Source of the DNA: Mytilus trossulus
Lineage: Eukaryota
Length of the DNA stretch: 64,000 nt
Reading direction: 5' to 3'
NCBI RefSeq assembly: GCF_036588685.1
Contig: NC_086378.1
Span: 56,792,001-56,856,000, forward strand
Every line of letters starts with the position of its first letter. Within the stretch, counting starts at the first letter, position 1. The notes below the pieces were generated by a model. That model ran no database searches, had not been told where the DNA came from, and saw nothing but the letters and a program-made list of their open reading frames with translations. Positions 49,201 through 62,230 of this stretch are shown here, piece after piece. The position numbers and the translations under genes are program-made.

Positions 49201-52200
49201 GTAAAATATAAAAAAAAATGGCTGATATCAACATGCTCTCGGCAACTTTGGTATCTGTCGATTAGGATTTCACCAATAGAATATTTGACTTATAGTTATC
49301 AATTTGATACTTATGTTTTGATCCAATGATTTAATTATTAACATTGGATGCCATGGACAAATAATTAAGACAAAAGTCGTACATAACACCCGATTATTAT
49401 TTATAAAAGATATATGATACATTCTGAATAGTCTAGGAAAATAGAAAATGTATCTAAGAAGCTTAAGAAACTACAAGGAAGGAAATAATTGGATTCACTT
49501 CACGTATACAATCTATTTATATATACTGGTTTATATTTCATAGTTTTGCACGTTTATTGGAAGCATAAAAATTCGAATCTTTACATGATATACAGCAATA
49601 CGAATGACCAGTGAAATCTTGTAATACCATTTGATGTTTGTTATTATAGCTGATGTGCGAGCATAATGGAAGTAGGCTAGTAGAAGTCGGTTCTAGTTGT
49701 GAAAACGACTTTTTGAAGATGACAGCAGCTGTATATGACAAATGTATGTATACTTAATGCAATGTACTTATCAAACATGACATTTTTAATAATGAATATA
49801 TACAAATATATATTGCAACGTCATGAATCACCAAGAGAGTAACGGTAACGGTTTTATTTTTTTTCATGTACAGTAAGACCATTCCCGATTTGTTAAATTT
49901 GCATAAATGGTATTTTATTAAGTCATTAACATTTTGTTTTCAAAAGCTAAAACATTTTGGTGAAAAAAATATTGATTGCTGATAATTAATCACGTATATC
50001 ATTAAGTGTATTTCATACACATGGTGTAAACAATTTTTCTCAGTGTACGGATATGAATATCCAATGAATTAATATGTATTCATACGCTAATAAAATGTAT
50101 ACGCATCATTTCTTGTTATTGTTTAGCTGTATTGATTATAAGAATACAATGCAAAGATGACCCTTGTTTGTTCTTGACCATGTTTACCATATTTAAATTG
50201 CATCTGTAATAATCTACATTATTCTCATAATGTAAAAATAGTTTGTTGTTTTCTAAATGCATTAACTCTGAATAACTCTTAGTCTTTAGTTTTCTATGTT
50301 GTGTCTCCTGTACTATTATTTGTCTGTTTGTCTTTTTATTTTTAGCTCTAGCGTTGTCAGTTTATTTTCGATCTATGAGTTTGACTGTCTCTTTGGTATC
50401 TTTCGTCCTTCTTTTGTAGCTTACTGGCTAGATGGAAGTGACAGACAAAGTGAAGGTTCTTGGATGTGGGTCAGTAGTCTAACAAAATTTGCATTTACTG
50501 ATTGGTATGCAACAGAACCAAGTAACTATGCAGGAGAAAATTGTATTCGCATTACGATGCACTTAGACTTCAAATGGGGGGATGCCTTATGTAGCAACCA
50601 ACTCAGATTCATATGTGAAAAAAGTAAGTTTATATTTAAAGTGTATTTACTAATTTTTTTACCTGAAACCTTCAACGCTTGATAAAATTTGTACGTGCAG
50701 GTTAACAATTTCTAACAACCATAAGATAACTACACGTAAATCCTTTTAAGATCTGAAGTCAATGATCAATCAGTGTTTCACACGGTTTGATAATAAAAAA
50801 TACAAAAGATATTATTTTACTTACTTACTAAAAGGAGGATCGTCTTACCTGTCCATCACACTTGAGACAACTCGCGGAATTTGGGTTGGTTTGAGTTTTG
50901 TATACATTTGTTTGTCTTTCGGTCTCTTTTTTCTTTTTTGTTATGGTGTTGTCAGTTCATTTCCGAATTATGATTTCGTATGTCACTTTGGTATCGTTCA
51001 TATCTCTATTTTTAGCCACAATTTCTATGGTTCTCGTAGGTTGCTTGCAAAATAAATCATCAGAATATAAAATTTTGAAGAATTTATAAAGGAGGTTTTA
51101 ATGATTTTTGCTAGTCTTGTTGTTTTTTCGTTCTTTCTGTCAAATTTTCGGAATCGTCTGGTTTTGTAAATCAAATGTCGTTTAATTCTTTCCCTTCTAT
51201 TCCTATTTTACATTTTAATTTTATTGCTATAACTACAACTTGGTCAATACTCTCTATCTGGGAATTTGATGTACTCGACGGTATCATTTTGAAAGTAGTT
51301 ATAATAGCGGTAATAACATGACAGTATGTTACATGTATATATTATATTAACGTCAATATCTTTGTTGCTGGGCTATAAATCTACAAGATAATTACCGACT
51401 GAATAACCAATAAAGGCAACAGTAGTATAAGAGAGGGACGAAAAATACCAAAGGGACAGTCAAACTCATAAATCTAAAACAAACTGACAACGCCATGGTT
51501 AAAAATGAAAAAGAGAAACAGAAAAATAAGCAACACGAACCCCACCAAAAACTAGGAGTGATCTCAGGTGCTCCGGAAGTAGTATACTATGAATCGATTG
51601 AGAAAAAAACAAACCCGTTTACCAAAATTAAACCGAGGAAAACACATCAACTGTAAGAGGAAAACTACGAAACAATAGAAAAACTGAACAGTGAACAACC
51701 CCCCCCCCCCACACTGCAGCACACAGAGAAATGAAACATAAGATAACAATTTCTATTTTCCTAATATGGTATAGGACATTTAAAGAAAAAAATGGTGGGT
51801 TGTACCTGATTGTGTGCCAAGCAAAACCTTGCATCTTTATGGCAATGTAACATATAACATTAAAATGACACCATTACATGACATGAATATAGGAAAAAAA
51901 ATGCAAGAACATTCAGGACAAAGAAATACACAAAAACACAATACAACAGTACATTTCGACATGCTAACGACAGAATGAAAACCAACACGTAAAACATCAG
52001 GCATGCACATATGGATTTCATTTTTTCTTAATTTGCTGATATAATGCTTTTGAAATCATCTTACACCGAGAAAGGTAAAACTTTCGAGCAAAACTCATTT
52101 TCTGTGTTCCAATTTTCGTCTATACTTTTGATTCTATTTTGTGTTATCACCTTTTTTACATAATAATTTTTTTTTGTTATTGAATTTCAGTTGTTCCATC

Positions 52201-52225
52201 TAAACAAGTTGAAGCTTTATCTTAG
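46276..52225 (+). CDS. secreted PAN/apple-like + C-type lectin protein (perlucin-like CTLD, ~243 aa)
   Basis: Exons 46276-46585 (signal, CASLC...CCYASY...CYL), 48805-48893 (CPNRW...CYYF...TWDQAR), 49650-49743, 50420-50623 (YWLDG, EGSWMW, EPS, ENC, WGD, FICEK) and 52191-52225 (alternative 52422-52435); phases 1,0,1,1. Confidence 0.88.
47307..47692 (-). mobile_element. pearl/HINE-like element
   Basis: Subterminal ATGCCCC/GGGGCAT inverted pair, (CGTT/CGTC)n microsatellite and GGACACATTCTTG end; same family as 59090-59581. Confidence 0.7.
47816..48322 (+). repeat. dispersed repeat, inverted counterpart of 36410-36917
   Basis: Reverse-complement match over about 500 bp. Confidence 0.85.
51410..51960 (+). 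repeat. composite dispersed repeats (TAAAGGCAACAGTAGTATA family with nested AGAGGGACGAAA-family insert)
   Basis: AGTAGTATA occurs at about 51421 and about 51578, bracketing the insert; host is similar to the reverse complement of 60383-60799. Confidence 0.6.
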
Positions 52226-52687
52226 TACTTGCTACTTGATTGACTATATAAGTTACCTGTTTTTTTTAACAGGAAATTAAAAAAATAGCATATAATTGAT
52301 ATTCATGTTACACCGAAGTGCTGACTACTGGACTAAAGCATACCTAATTTCACTTTTTTTCTATACATTTCTTGTATGTTACTTTATTTACGTCTAAACG
52401 TTCAATATATTTTTCTTTCAGGGTCGAGTAATTAAATTGGAAAGGATAATACCTAGCACATGTTGCAGCACTTTTTAATGTCATTGAAAAGGTTGTGATG
52501 TCCGAACGAATGCCATGCATTATTTTTGAAATGACGGTTTAATGGTTGATGTTTTGTTTTGTTTGCTTTTACTGAAGTGTCATAAATTATGTTAAATATC
52601 ATTATTACAATCATGAAATCCGACCATTGTTTTCACGTTAGGATGACATAATTTCTATTTCTACGATTGATGTATGTAGTTCTGTCA

Positions 52688-55600
52688 CAGTGGGAAAGCC
52701 ACGGATCGATTCTGCGCCTCCTTCCATATGACGTAAAGGCCAGAAAATCAAGGGCGACAATCGCGATTTTTCATAGAGGGCGACAGTATCGCGCCATCGC
52801 GGCAATTTGTTTACATCGTATACGTGTGATTTTTCGAGAAATTTATCATTAAAGACAATTAAACTTGTGTCATTTCATCATCAATAAGTTATATAGGTAA
52901 GTTTTACAGGTGACCATGCTATTTTTTCTTCTTAGAAGATTTTATTTTACAAGAAACGAACATCTGAAAGTGGCAAGTGACGTTGTTAATTTGGGAGATA
53001 AAAATATGGCGGGTGTTTTCCCCTTCTGAAAATAACTGACACATTTGCATCCTATTGGCTATTTAAATATAAAATGACCCAAAATAGTATCTATCATGAT
53101 AGGAGTCCCTAAATATTTGCATAAATACCCGTCACTCCGTGTCAAATTGTAACTGAGGCTGCGAAAAGGAAGCACACAAATCGACGCCATTTTTCAACAG
53201 ATTAAGAATTCTGAGCTCACGAAATCCTAGTATTATTACTTTTAATGGTTAGTAGAAAGATATTAATACTATCCATAACATAATTTATTGATCTGATCGG
53301 GTTATGGCTACATGTTTGCCTCTTTTCGATTCTTAAATCCAGTAAATTTCCGTAGACCACATGTAAATAAACGCCCCTTTTCCAGCGTGAGACTTCAATT
53401 TGAATAAAACTTCAATTTTGGCAGGTCAATTTTAGCATTTAGATTTTAATTAAAGTTTTGCAGTTGTGTAATGCATATGTGCTGATTTGTTTGGTTGTCT
53501 CGAATAGTAAAAAGGTGAATATTTTTATTTTTGAACCCAAAAAGTGTGACAAAAAACACAAAAAACAAACAAAATAAAAATATATGAAAAAAATAACTAC
53601 CCCAGGACAAAGGGGGGTTCCAACTATATGCCCCCATTCAAATGCATTGATCATCCCCAAAAAGGGAGATTCCAATCCCTGGAACCTTATTCCTGGATCT
53701 GTTACTGGGAACTATGATTATTAAAACGTATAAAGTCTTTAAAGAATTAGAGAATTATTACTATAGGAACAAGAATAGAGAAAATTTACCATAAAATAAG
53801 TAAAAAAAAGAGCAAATGACATGCTAGTCCAAATTATTATGAAGTCTGACAAGACTACTTTTTTCTGGGACGACTTCCTATGCATCCCAGAAAAAAATCT
53901 TAATATTCTTAGCAGCAAGCCTTAGGTCTGGTCATAATCATTTTGAACTACTGTAAATTCAGAAATTATTGCGTGCACTTATTATTGCGATTTTGTCATT
54001 TTAAACTTGAATGCAATTTTAATTTTTACGATTTTGAGAAAAGTCATGCTTTATTCAGTTAAAATATTACAACATGCAAGTTTTAATTATTGCGTTTACA
54101 ACTCTGTCGCATTTTTCGCAATAATTAAAACCTCGCAATAATTTCTGAATTTACAGTATTGATGTGCTAATTTATATATTGAGGAAAGAGAAATTATGGA
54201 CAAAAAGTAAAAAAAAAATAGAGACCAATGACCTAAAAGATTAAATGATAAAGAAATGCAGAACACCCCATCCAGACCCTTGTCTATGTGAACAACAGTA
54301 CTATTATTTTTGCTGAATAGTGCATATGGGCATGTAAAATATCTTTTAAAAGGTTTCAGGTATATGAAATATTCACCAGTAGGAAAGTATAAATTCTGTC
54401 CCTCCTTCCATGCTAAAAAAAAATTATGTGATTTATTGTTGAATTTTATTGCCACCTTCAGTATTGGCTTTGTGTTGTGGCCAGGTTTTATTGGCGTTGG
54501 ATACATTTATTATCAATTACTGGTATGAAGAATTAAAGATATGAATGATTGAATGAAAAGTTATCTTTTAAATAACAGATACCTGTAAGATAATTTAATT
54601 TTGCATATTACGTTATACTTTATTAAAACATTATTTATATCTTTTAAAAAGGTTGATTTGTTATTATGGTGATGAATTTTAAATACTAAGTAAATGAATT
54701 TATAAGTAGAAATTTTTTCCAAACATCTGTTGCTGTGTATAAGTATTACCTTTTCTAGAGAACCTTTTTCGGGACGTCTGGATTTGGTAATTTTATAGCT
54801 CAGGATTTCGAGATTGATCCTTCGGATTCCAGTATTTCCTTTCAACATTTTTTTTTTAATTGGGACCTCAGAAGATCATGTTTTTGTCAGTAGACAATTA
54901 AAATATATTATAATTTACCGATCATCTAGAAAATCTAGAGAAGTTTGCAATTATATTCATTTGATAATATCATCTGCATAAATTATATATTTTCAGATAA
55001 CAATAGGAATAAGAAGAGCAGGATTTCTATATTGAGGATTTACATGTATGGGACAGAGGACTATTTGACTTGATTTTACTTTAAAAAACTTTTTAATTTT
55101 AACAATAGTTCTCCTTAAATGTTTAAAATACTTTTTACATATTTTTCATTTTAACATTATTTTTATGACTTTGTATTTATTCATCATTTAATAAACTTTT
55201 ATTTCTAAACATTTTTATATTTTCAAATATACATACAATGTGAAACACTCCACCATTTTATATTGATAACGTTGGGTAAATGTACATGAGACACTATACT
55301 GTTGCAATACAATATTACTTACTTTGATTAAATAGGGAATCACTGGAGCGGGTCCCTCCTAAGTTAGTCAGCAGCAGCAACCCCTTACCCCCCCCCCCCA
55401 AAAAAAAAATAGAAAAAGTTCTGGATTGGTCACTGGTATCAGAAATATACATGTATGTACTGTAGTATTTGAGACATAAGAAAAAAAAGATATAAAAAGT
55501 CAAAATGATGGTCTTTTATTCTTTATAAGGTTTGAATGACTTAAATGGAAAGTTTCTAGAATTGTTCACTTCTCCTAGACATAGTGAGGTCTCTCAAGTA

Positions 55601-57407
55601 GCCTATCATGACATGACTTTTCACTGTTTTGCTTTCATGTAGATTTCAAAGTGTGGCAACCCCTGCACCTAAATAAATCATTTTCAGTAGATACATATCT
55701 CTTTTTTCAGACTTTTTGATGAAAAGTTTAAACTAATATACAAATTAGAAAAAAGAAAACTGATCAACTTGAACCCACAACATATAATTGATCTCATGTG
55801 CTCTGTAAGAATAAGCACATCCTGCTCCTTGTGTAGTATTATGAATGAGATGTCTATGTACCCTTTTCCTAGATAGTAAACACATGATTTTGCAAATTAT
55901 TGCAATTGTGTGCTTTTAGAATGGAGTAAAATGTGTGAAAGGGTATTCTATTGCAGAAAAATCAGCACACAGATATAGGAATGGTATGATTCTTAATAAA
56001 GAATAGATCCTGTGTCCAAGATTTGTTTTCTTGTAAACTGGTGTAAAATAAAAATATGGGTCAAGCAGTTATATCAATGCAACAAAACAGGATCACCAAA
56101 ATCAGAGTGAGACATTCATATACCAGACCTTGGAAGTGATATCGCATTTTGTTAATGCTTTAAATGGTCATATACATGTAGCTCTAACATGTATTAAGAA
56201 TTTGATGTACTAGGCATTGGGCATTCCTGTTGAATGTTAATCTCAAGTTCTCAAGAGTTAAATATGCCCCAGGGCCCAGAAACACTCAAACATGAATAGT
56301 TAGTCACAGTGTACATCAGGTTGCTTGATACGCATAATAAGAACAGACATTTATAAACATGTGTGAGTGTTTAGGCAGGCAATTCTTGTTGATTGGTACA
56401 TGTACTTTTTAAAATTGACAAGTTGAAACATTTCAGATTTATAATAATTTACAGAATCAAATAATGACTGTAACCATTACCCTTAAAATTGGCTTAAAAC
56501 AAAGACTAGCTGAGTGCTTACACTTTGCACTTTTGCATGCTTATTCAGACAACAACTTTTGACTAACTGATTTTTTTGTTGTTGAAAAAAGGGGGTAGGT
56601 CTACTTCCAGACAATGGAAGTTATTTATATGGACAAATTCGTTCATAGATTAAATCAGTTTCAATGTAATACATAATTCTCGCCCATAAATCTGTTATAC
56701 ATCAGCAGCATAATTAAATAACTACAGAAAATGTGATACGAGGAGTTTGAGCAAATTGTAAACATCAACAAATGACGTTGTAAAGCCTTCAACCACTCAA
56801 CGTTTTAAGAAAAATATATTTAAAATCCTGAAAACATCATCACCCTTCGTTGTCTCAATCAATTTTGTGCTTAAAATCTGTAAAATATGACATAATTTGC
56901 TTGATTTTGCACCAAAATAACTCCCAAAACGTCTGAAAAATGTTGAATTTTGACCTCCGGTTGAAGTATTTATTATGTAAACAAGACTCAGAGTGACGGG
57001 GAATCCTGTACATAGTCATGTGCCCATATGTTTCTAGGTCACATTTATTTATATCTCGACCAATGAAAAGCTTTAGGATGCATTTGTGTCAGTTGTTTGT
57101 AGTCGTGGGGATTACCCGCGGTTTTTTGGAAATCAACGGAGGTAGTCTTTTGGATTATCATATTTCAATAACGGAGCACTTATTTGAATACCGAATTTGG
57201 CAGTCGTGTGACAAAATCTATTCTAATGAAAAATTAAACTCAAATACTGATGGATGATAAGTTGTTTTAATAGATTTATTGTCTGAAGCACAGGCTACGT
57301 TTTTGTTTACACGCTGGTTACAGCGCCACCTCAAAATTTTTAGATTATGTCCCCTTTCCCGCGGGACTACCGGAAGTAGCTCTTCAATGTCACTGGCTTT
57401 CCCACTG
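52688..57407. mobile_element. 4.7-kb non-autonomous DNA transposon, 14-bp TIR, 3-bp TSD
   Basis: TCA|CAGTGGGAAAGCCA ... TGGCTTTCCCACTG|TCA; CpG-richer subterminal regions; no transposase ORF. Confidence 0.65.
53951..54156. mobile_element. TA-flanked MITE nested in the 4.7-kb element
   Basis: TA|CTGTAAATTCAGAAATTATTGCG ... CGCAATAATTTCTGAATTTACAG|TA. Confidence 0.88.
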
Positions 57408-58029
57408 TCAGGTATTTTGATATAACATTGGATGTTTAAATGCGGACACTTAAACTTCGTTTAATTTTACAGTTTAAGTTTATCGGTAAAATCAATGCCA
57501 TACACCATATCTGGACTGTTCCTTAATAAAGGTTATGTAAGGGTTTCGTAATTCAAGTTTGTTATTTTTTTTATGGAGGGATGGTAATATTTTTATTTCA
57601 TACGAACACGATTACGAATAATTTATCAAATTAATTATCATTCAATAAAGGGTATATTACATGTTATGACTACAAACAGACATATCAACAGAAACAAAAG
57701 AAAGAACAAATAACGATAAAGCTGTATATCATATGGAAGAGACTAAAACAGTTGTGTTCTTTATGTTGTGTATCTTAAATAAAGTTACCCACAATTTTAC
57801 TCTATCCTGAAATGATCAGACTCATCCATACCACAAAACATAAATACATCAATTATAATGCGGAATACATTGTATACAAAAGTAGCATTTTTTTTCCGAT
57901 TTGCACATTATTTGTAGATTTCTGTGCTAGTATGAAGAGAATAACAGTTATCTGAATAATAAATGATCATGATTGTCTAGTTAATTTTATTAGGATCGTA
58001 TTTCACTACATAATTTTCTGAAACACTGA

Positions 58030-59090
58030 CACTGATTTACTTGAGGACAGGTATGACCCTTAGATAACGTTCATACGGTACTGCTTCTTAATTCATCAAG
58101 AGAAATGCCCCTAGACACCGTTCATATAACGCTGCTTTTTAAATGTTCGAGGTTTATGACCCCTAGATAGAATTCATAAACCACTGATACTTATTTTTTC
58201 CATGGACATGATCTCTAGATTAAATTTTTTAAAACAGTGGTACTGAGTTATACGAGAGGGGTATGATCATTGATATAATACTGGTCCTGTGCTTTTCTAG
58301 GGATTTGACCATTAAATAGTGTTCATCTAACACGGGTTCTAGTTTTTCTAGGGATATGATCCCTCGATAAAGTCCGCATATTACTGCTTTGGGCTGTTTA
58401 AGGTTTTCTGTATGACTCCTAGATCAAATTCATATACCACTGATACTTAGTTTTCAAGGGATGTGACCCCTAGATAACGTTTTTCAACACTGGTAGTGAG
58501 TTATTTGAGGGGTATGCCCACTAGATAGATAACGTTCATGTAACACTGTTATTGTGTTTTAAAATGACTATGACTCCTAGATAACGTTCATTTAACACTG
58601 TTCTTGATTTTCTTAAGGGATTTGAAACCTAGATAACGTGCATACACCATTGATACTAATACTTGAATTTACTTTTATAGGGGCGAGATCTTTCTAAAAC
58701 AAAGATCAAAACGTAAAAATAAAGATTCACGATTTCAAAAAGTCCAAGTAACAAAATGTGCCAACTGACGAAAGCAAAAGGGGAACTTCATTTAGTGAGC
58801 ATCTAGTATGTGCGTTCCTACTACTAGTTACTTGGACAAACATACGTGTTCCCACTTGATGTTACTTGGAAAAGCAAACTTGTGTCTCAGTTTGATTTTG
58901 TTAGAGAGTGTATAACATCTAGATAACGTTCATATACCACTGGTCTTGAGTTTCTAGAGGTGTATTACCCCTACATTAAATTAATTAACCACTTGTACTT
59001 GGTGTTTCCAAAATACGATCCTTCTATAACGTTCATAAAACGCTGGTTTTCAAGTGGTATGATCCATATATAACGTGCATATTAGCACTG
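58030..59090. repeat. degenerate ~47-bp tandem repeat
   Basis: Recurrent GGTATGACCCCTAGATAACGTTCATATACCACTG motif, interrupted at about 58670-58900. Confidence 0.75.
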
Positions 59091-59581
59091 CTACCCACCT
59101 ACGATGCATAATATTTTCTGATCTGTGTGTCTATTCTTCTGTCCGTTCGGTTAATCGTCTATTCGTTCGTCCGTTCGCCCATCCGTTTGCCCGTTTGTCC
59201 GTTCGTCCCACTTCAGGTTAAAGTTTTAGGTCAAGGTTGTTTTGGATTAAGTTGAAGTCCAATTAACTTGAAACTTAGTATATCTGTTACCTATGGTATG
59301 ATCTTTCTAATTTTAATGCCAAATTTGAGATTTTACCCCAATTGCATGGTCCAGTGAGCGTAGTAAATGATAGTGCAAGTTTAAGGTTAAAGTTGTTTGT
59401 CAAGGTAGTTTTGGATGAAGTTGAAGTCCAATCAACTTAAAACTTAGTATACATGTTTCCTATGATATGATCTTTCTAATTTTATTGCCAAATTAGAGTT
59501 TTACCTCAATTTCATGGTCCACTAAACATAGAAAATGATAGTGCGAGTGGGGCATCCGTGTACTATGGACACATTCTTGTT
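59090..59581 (-). mobile_element. pearl/HINE-like element with two ~170-bp internal units
   Basis: AGGTTAAAGTT...GTCAAGGT...GTTGAAGTCCAA...GATAGTGC twice; (CGTT/CGTC)n; end GGACACATTCTTGT. Confidence 0.75.
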
Positions 59582-59649
59582 TTAGAAGTGTCTACTCTTG
59601 ATCACGTTCATATAATGAGTTATCAAATGAACCAGGATTATAATTTAGT

Positions 59650-59693
59650 ACGCCAGACGCGCGTTTCGTCTACATAAGACTCATCAGTGACGC
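59650..59693 (-). ncRNA. minimal type I hammerhead ribozyme, intact (element ~59630-59787)
   Basis: GCGUCA-CUGAUGA-GUCUuauguAGAC-GAAA-CGCGCG-UC^-UGGCGU; stems I and II pair fully. Confidence 0.9.
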
Positions 59694-59842
59694 TCATATC
59701 AAAATATTTATAAAGCCAAATAAGTACAAAGTTGATAAGCATTGATGATCCAAAGTCCAAAATGTTGTGCCAAATACGACTAAGGTGATAAGACTTGAAT
59801 TGACTTATTTTAAGGTGTAAACCCCTACATAACTAAAAAAAT

Positions 59843-61007
59843 ATCACATCACCAACACCAACAACAATAGTAGCGAATCCTGCCAGCGAACACCATCAAA
59901 CATTTCTGCTCGAAATTTTCTGTTAACGGACAAACAACTGAACCTGAAACAAAAATCACCAACCGTGAATATACCAACACGAATTTACAACGGATTCATT
60001 GCGAAGAACTCCTGACATAATAACTCACATTTTTCAGAAATCCACCGAAGGTATACAAATTTAAGCTTAACACTTACTTTTAAATGATTAAAATAGAAAT
60101 CCTGTCACCTATACCCTGTTTTCAAATATTGTACCATATTGTTTTTATCTTCAAGACTATTATTCTAAACATATAAGATCATAATACACTTAATATCTCT
60201 ATTTGTGGGGTAATCTTACTTTTGCAATGCAGTCAAATCTGTATCCTACAATAAATGCTAGAATAATCTCATGTTTCATTTGTATTGAGTGTTTTTACTA
60301 GAATTTCTGATAAAATTTGACCAATATGTCTCATTGGTGTTTTACCCGAGATATGAATATACAAATATACAAATTTGTTTGTTCTGTTTATGTTATATTT
60401 AACTTTGCCATTAAAGTTTTGCATGCCACAAAACCAGGTTCAACCCACCATTTTTATTCCCCTTTAAAAATGTCCTGTACCAAGTCAGGAAGATAGCCAA
60501 TTTTTATATTATTGTTCGTTTCTGTGTGTGTTGCATTTTAACGAGAGATATTCAGATAAGACGTGGAACGGTACTTGTCTATCCCAAATTCATGTATTTG
60601 GTTTTGATGTTATATTTGTTATTCTCGTGGTATTTTGTCTGATGCTTGGTCCGTTTCTGTGTGTGTTGCGTTTCGGTGTTGTGTCGATGTTCTCCTCTTA
60701 TATTTAATACGTATCCCTCGGATTTAGTTTGTTACCCCGATTTTGTTTTTTGTCCATGGATTTATGAGTTTTGAACAGCGGTATACTACTGTTGCCTTTA
60801 TTTACAGTTGTTAATAAGATTTTACAGCACACAACTTTGTCTGACGGAATCGTTCTAATTGATCTAGTCACTATACGGAATCATCTTAGATTGTTCATGC
60901 GGGACATCACACGCAAATCTTTTACAACCAAGAAGAAATCTATTGAACAATCTGACGATGCGGCGGCCTCAGCAATTTCAGAAGAAACATATCGACGAAC
61001 CGTTTGA
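59843..61007 (+). pseudogene. truncated paralog of the membrane C-type lectin (exons 5-6)
   Basis: 59843-60050 aligns to exon 5 with +4/-1 indels and a stop; 60807-61007 aligns to exon 6 with a large internal deletion removing most of the TM (CGGAA microhomology); ends SAISEETYRRTV* as in 39385. Confidence 0.85.
60383..60799 (-). repeat. dispersed repeat inserted in the pseudogene splice acceptor
   Basis: Splits TTTGTTTGT...TTTACAG, which is contiguous in the intact paralog at 38896-38912. Confidence 0.75.
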
Positions 61008-61192
61008 AATAGTTATCAAAGGTACCAGGATTATAATTTTATACGCCAGACGCGTGTTTTGTCTACATAATACTCATTAGTGACGCACAGATCAAAATAG
61101 TTATAAAGCCAAACAAGTACAAAATTTAAAGAGCATTGAGGACCCCAAATTCCAAAAAGTTATGCCAAATACGCCTAAGATAATCTTTTCCT
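61008..61192 (-). mobile_element. hammerhead-ribozyme element with core mutations, inserted right after the pseudogene stop codon
   Basis: 61043-61086 reads CUAAUGA and AAAA; family 3' end GGTACCTTTGATAACTAT. Confidence 0.75.
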
Positions 61193-61789
61193 AATATAAC
61201 ATAAGGAAATCAATTATTTTACCAGCATATTGCTCATTTATACACTATATATTTGATGGTTTTACAAAGACAAAAAATAGTCAAAGCACAATATCTGAAT
61301 TAATATCAATGCTATATATTGTTTTCATTTGGTTGTTTAATCATTGTAAGTTCTGCTATCAGCTGTATGCAATTTTACCTATTTTTAAAAGAAATACCTC
61401 TCAAGGCTTATGTAATCTCAAATCATAAAATTAAATCATTTGATTAACCCTTGATAGACCACATTAAAGACATTTTGTAACTTGTAAATATACATAAGCC
61501 GCCAATTCTGAAAGAAGAATGTTCTGAAATTACGAGAAAAGAATAACAGAAATTATAAAAAATCTAGGCGAACACGTAGATGTTAAAAGATCAATTATAT
61601 ACAATCAATAAACTGTAGAGGTACCAAAACAAACCGGAAAACATCAGCAAAATAAAGCAGAACAAAAATACAAATACTAGTATGTCCGTTATTATATCCC
61701 TTTAAACTTTTTTTTATTTTGGAGAAGCAAGTGATGTTTAAGAACAAAGTGAGATCGGCTCGAAGTCGAAATAATGTGTCTGACTATCA

Positions 61790-62230
61790 CGGGGGTGGGG
61801 TGGGTGGGGGGGGGGGTGTAACTTCCTATTATTGGGTATAGGGGGATATATTATGACATCCTATATTAAAATGCATTTACATTTTGTAACTGTATATTGA
61901 TTTGGGTTATGATCTACATAACATATATAAATATGCTATTGAGAACCTTACATTAATAATGGTCAATTATTATGTAAAATTAAATCAAATCATTTGAGCT
62001 GGTATATTTATGAATTATGAGTGATGATGAGTAAGGGCTTATATAAGCATGGGTCATATTTTAAATATTGCATATAAGTATAGGTCATTATTTCGTAAAT
62101 ATATTTATATAACTATAGGTACTGAATTTCAGTGAATGTTATATTAAAATTGGTACGTTTTTTTAGGCAAAAATGGCACACCCCTACCAAAAAAATATCG
62201 AAGTTACCCCCCCCCCCCCCCCCCCCCCCT
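61790..62230. mobile_element. MITE with poly-G/poly-C TIRs
   Basis: (G)n-TGTAACTTC ... GAAGTTAC-(C)n. Confidence 0.55.

Noticed and set aside
52686-52692. Perfect RSS heptamer CACAGTG at the element end
   Set aside because: The opposite end reads GACAGTG and there is no 5-bp TSD; the CA belongs to the TCA duplication.
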